NCBI RefSeq assembly: GCF_001194135.2
Contig: NC_068984.1
Coordinates: 96,886,564-96,936,470, forward strand
Reading direction: 5' to 3'
DNA: 49,907 bases
Source: Octopus bimaculoides
Taxonomy: Eukaryota
A program made the position numbers and the translations under genes. The notes beneath the pieces were generated by a model that saw nothing but the letters and a program-made list of their open reading frames with translations, was not told the origin of the DNA and did not search any database. How positions within the stretch are numbered: position 1 is the first letter of the stretch; every line of letters begins with the position of its first letter. Of this stretch, positions 48,959 to 49,907 are shown piece by piece.

Positions 48959-49280
48959 GACTATCAACTTAAACAACATTTATTCAGGTGGTAACTTTAT
49001 ACATCTTTAGCTCTTGTTGTTACAGCTTCTATGTGTGTGAGCATAGTTGTTGGGACGTTGTTATGTAGATGTGAGCGAGCTGTCGAGTGTAAGTCCGAAA
49101 GATGGAGAGTGACAGCTATACACGTAAAGAGACTGTCTCCAGAGTTGGGTGTTGGAGACACTGCTTGACATGTCCATGCTCTATTGCTGGCCAGCAAGAA
49201 AGAGAATGAATTGAGCGGGAACGCTTGGTTGTTTAATTCTACGCATGCGTGAGACTACGCATGCGCACGGCGTTACTACA
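48959..49280 (-). mobile_element. LTR 'A', 5' copy
   Basis: Minus strand begins TGTAGTAACG at 49280. It differs from 46843-47109 by three substitutions and one 2-bp indel by eye. Confidence 0.75.
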
Positions 49281-49771
49281 GAATCGAAAATTAAAACACA
49301 GTAATTGAATACTATTGTAAGATTTTGAGTTTTTCACAGACACGTATAACCTTAACGTAATCTTTAGGCAGAATTAGTTTACAGTGTGTGAGAAGGCTAG
49401 ACCTTAACAACTGTAGCTACGCTCCATCAGACAGCCCTACACATGATATCATTCTAAGCATTTTCACCCACAAGATATCGGTTTATCCGGGAGTAAGGTA
49501 AAAGACACATACATTAGATGCTACGTGATAGGATCGAACTGGGAACGTTATCATTATGACCCGAACTTCTTAAAAGATTTGGCAATGCTTTACACTCATA
49601 TGAATACGAACACACACACACACACACACACACACGCATACACACACGAGTTTGAGAAGAGTTCATGCGTATAGTTAAAAGCAAACGAAGTATATGTGAA
49701 AGGTTAGAGAGGAGATGCGAGGGCGCGTATAATGATTAAAGAATATGTTAAATGGTAAAACAACCATATTT

Positions 49772-49907
49772 CGTAGCAGTGTGGTAACAAGTTTGCTTGG
49801 CACCTTAGGTAAGTGTCTTCTACTATAGCTTGGGGCCGACCAAGGCTTTGGGAGTGGGTTTGGTAGACAGAAACTGAAAGAAGCCCGTCATGTGTGTGTG
49901 TGTGTGT
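49772..49907 (+). mobile_element. Family 1 SINE left arm, running out of the window
   Basis: gtgtggtaacaagtttgcttggcaccttaggtaagtgtcttctactatag..gaaactgaaagaagcccgtc-(TG)n. Confidence 0.85.

Overview
AT-rich, intron-like or intergenic animal DNA, dominated by microsatellites and decayed transposons, with 13 N-gaps. The repeat families and microsatellite load suggest a coleoid cephalopod, most likely Octopus; this is inferred from recall, not a search. I found no host protein-coding gene, rRNA, full tRNA or CRISPR array. Most ORFs in the supplied track are microsatellite or N-gap artefacts, and the protein-like ones are transposon relics. These relics are four mariner pieces, a hAT (Buster/Charlie-like) transposase, an R4/Dong-like RT-RLE element, Tx1/L1-like ORF1 and ORF2 pieces, RTE, CR1-like and CRE-like LINE pieces, a Helitron with a Rep fragment, Penelope-like GIY-YIG fragments, LTRs and at least three SINE families. 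The most interesting signal is a short repeat family made of a tRNA-like 3' half (B box), an (AAT)n tract and a minimal type I hammerhead ribozyme. It occurs twice as head-to-head palindromes (30.4 and 36.4 kb). Each of the four ribozyme copies is damaged differently, but together they reconstruct a complete core.
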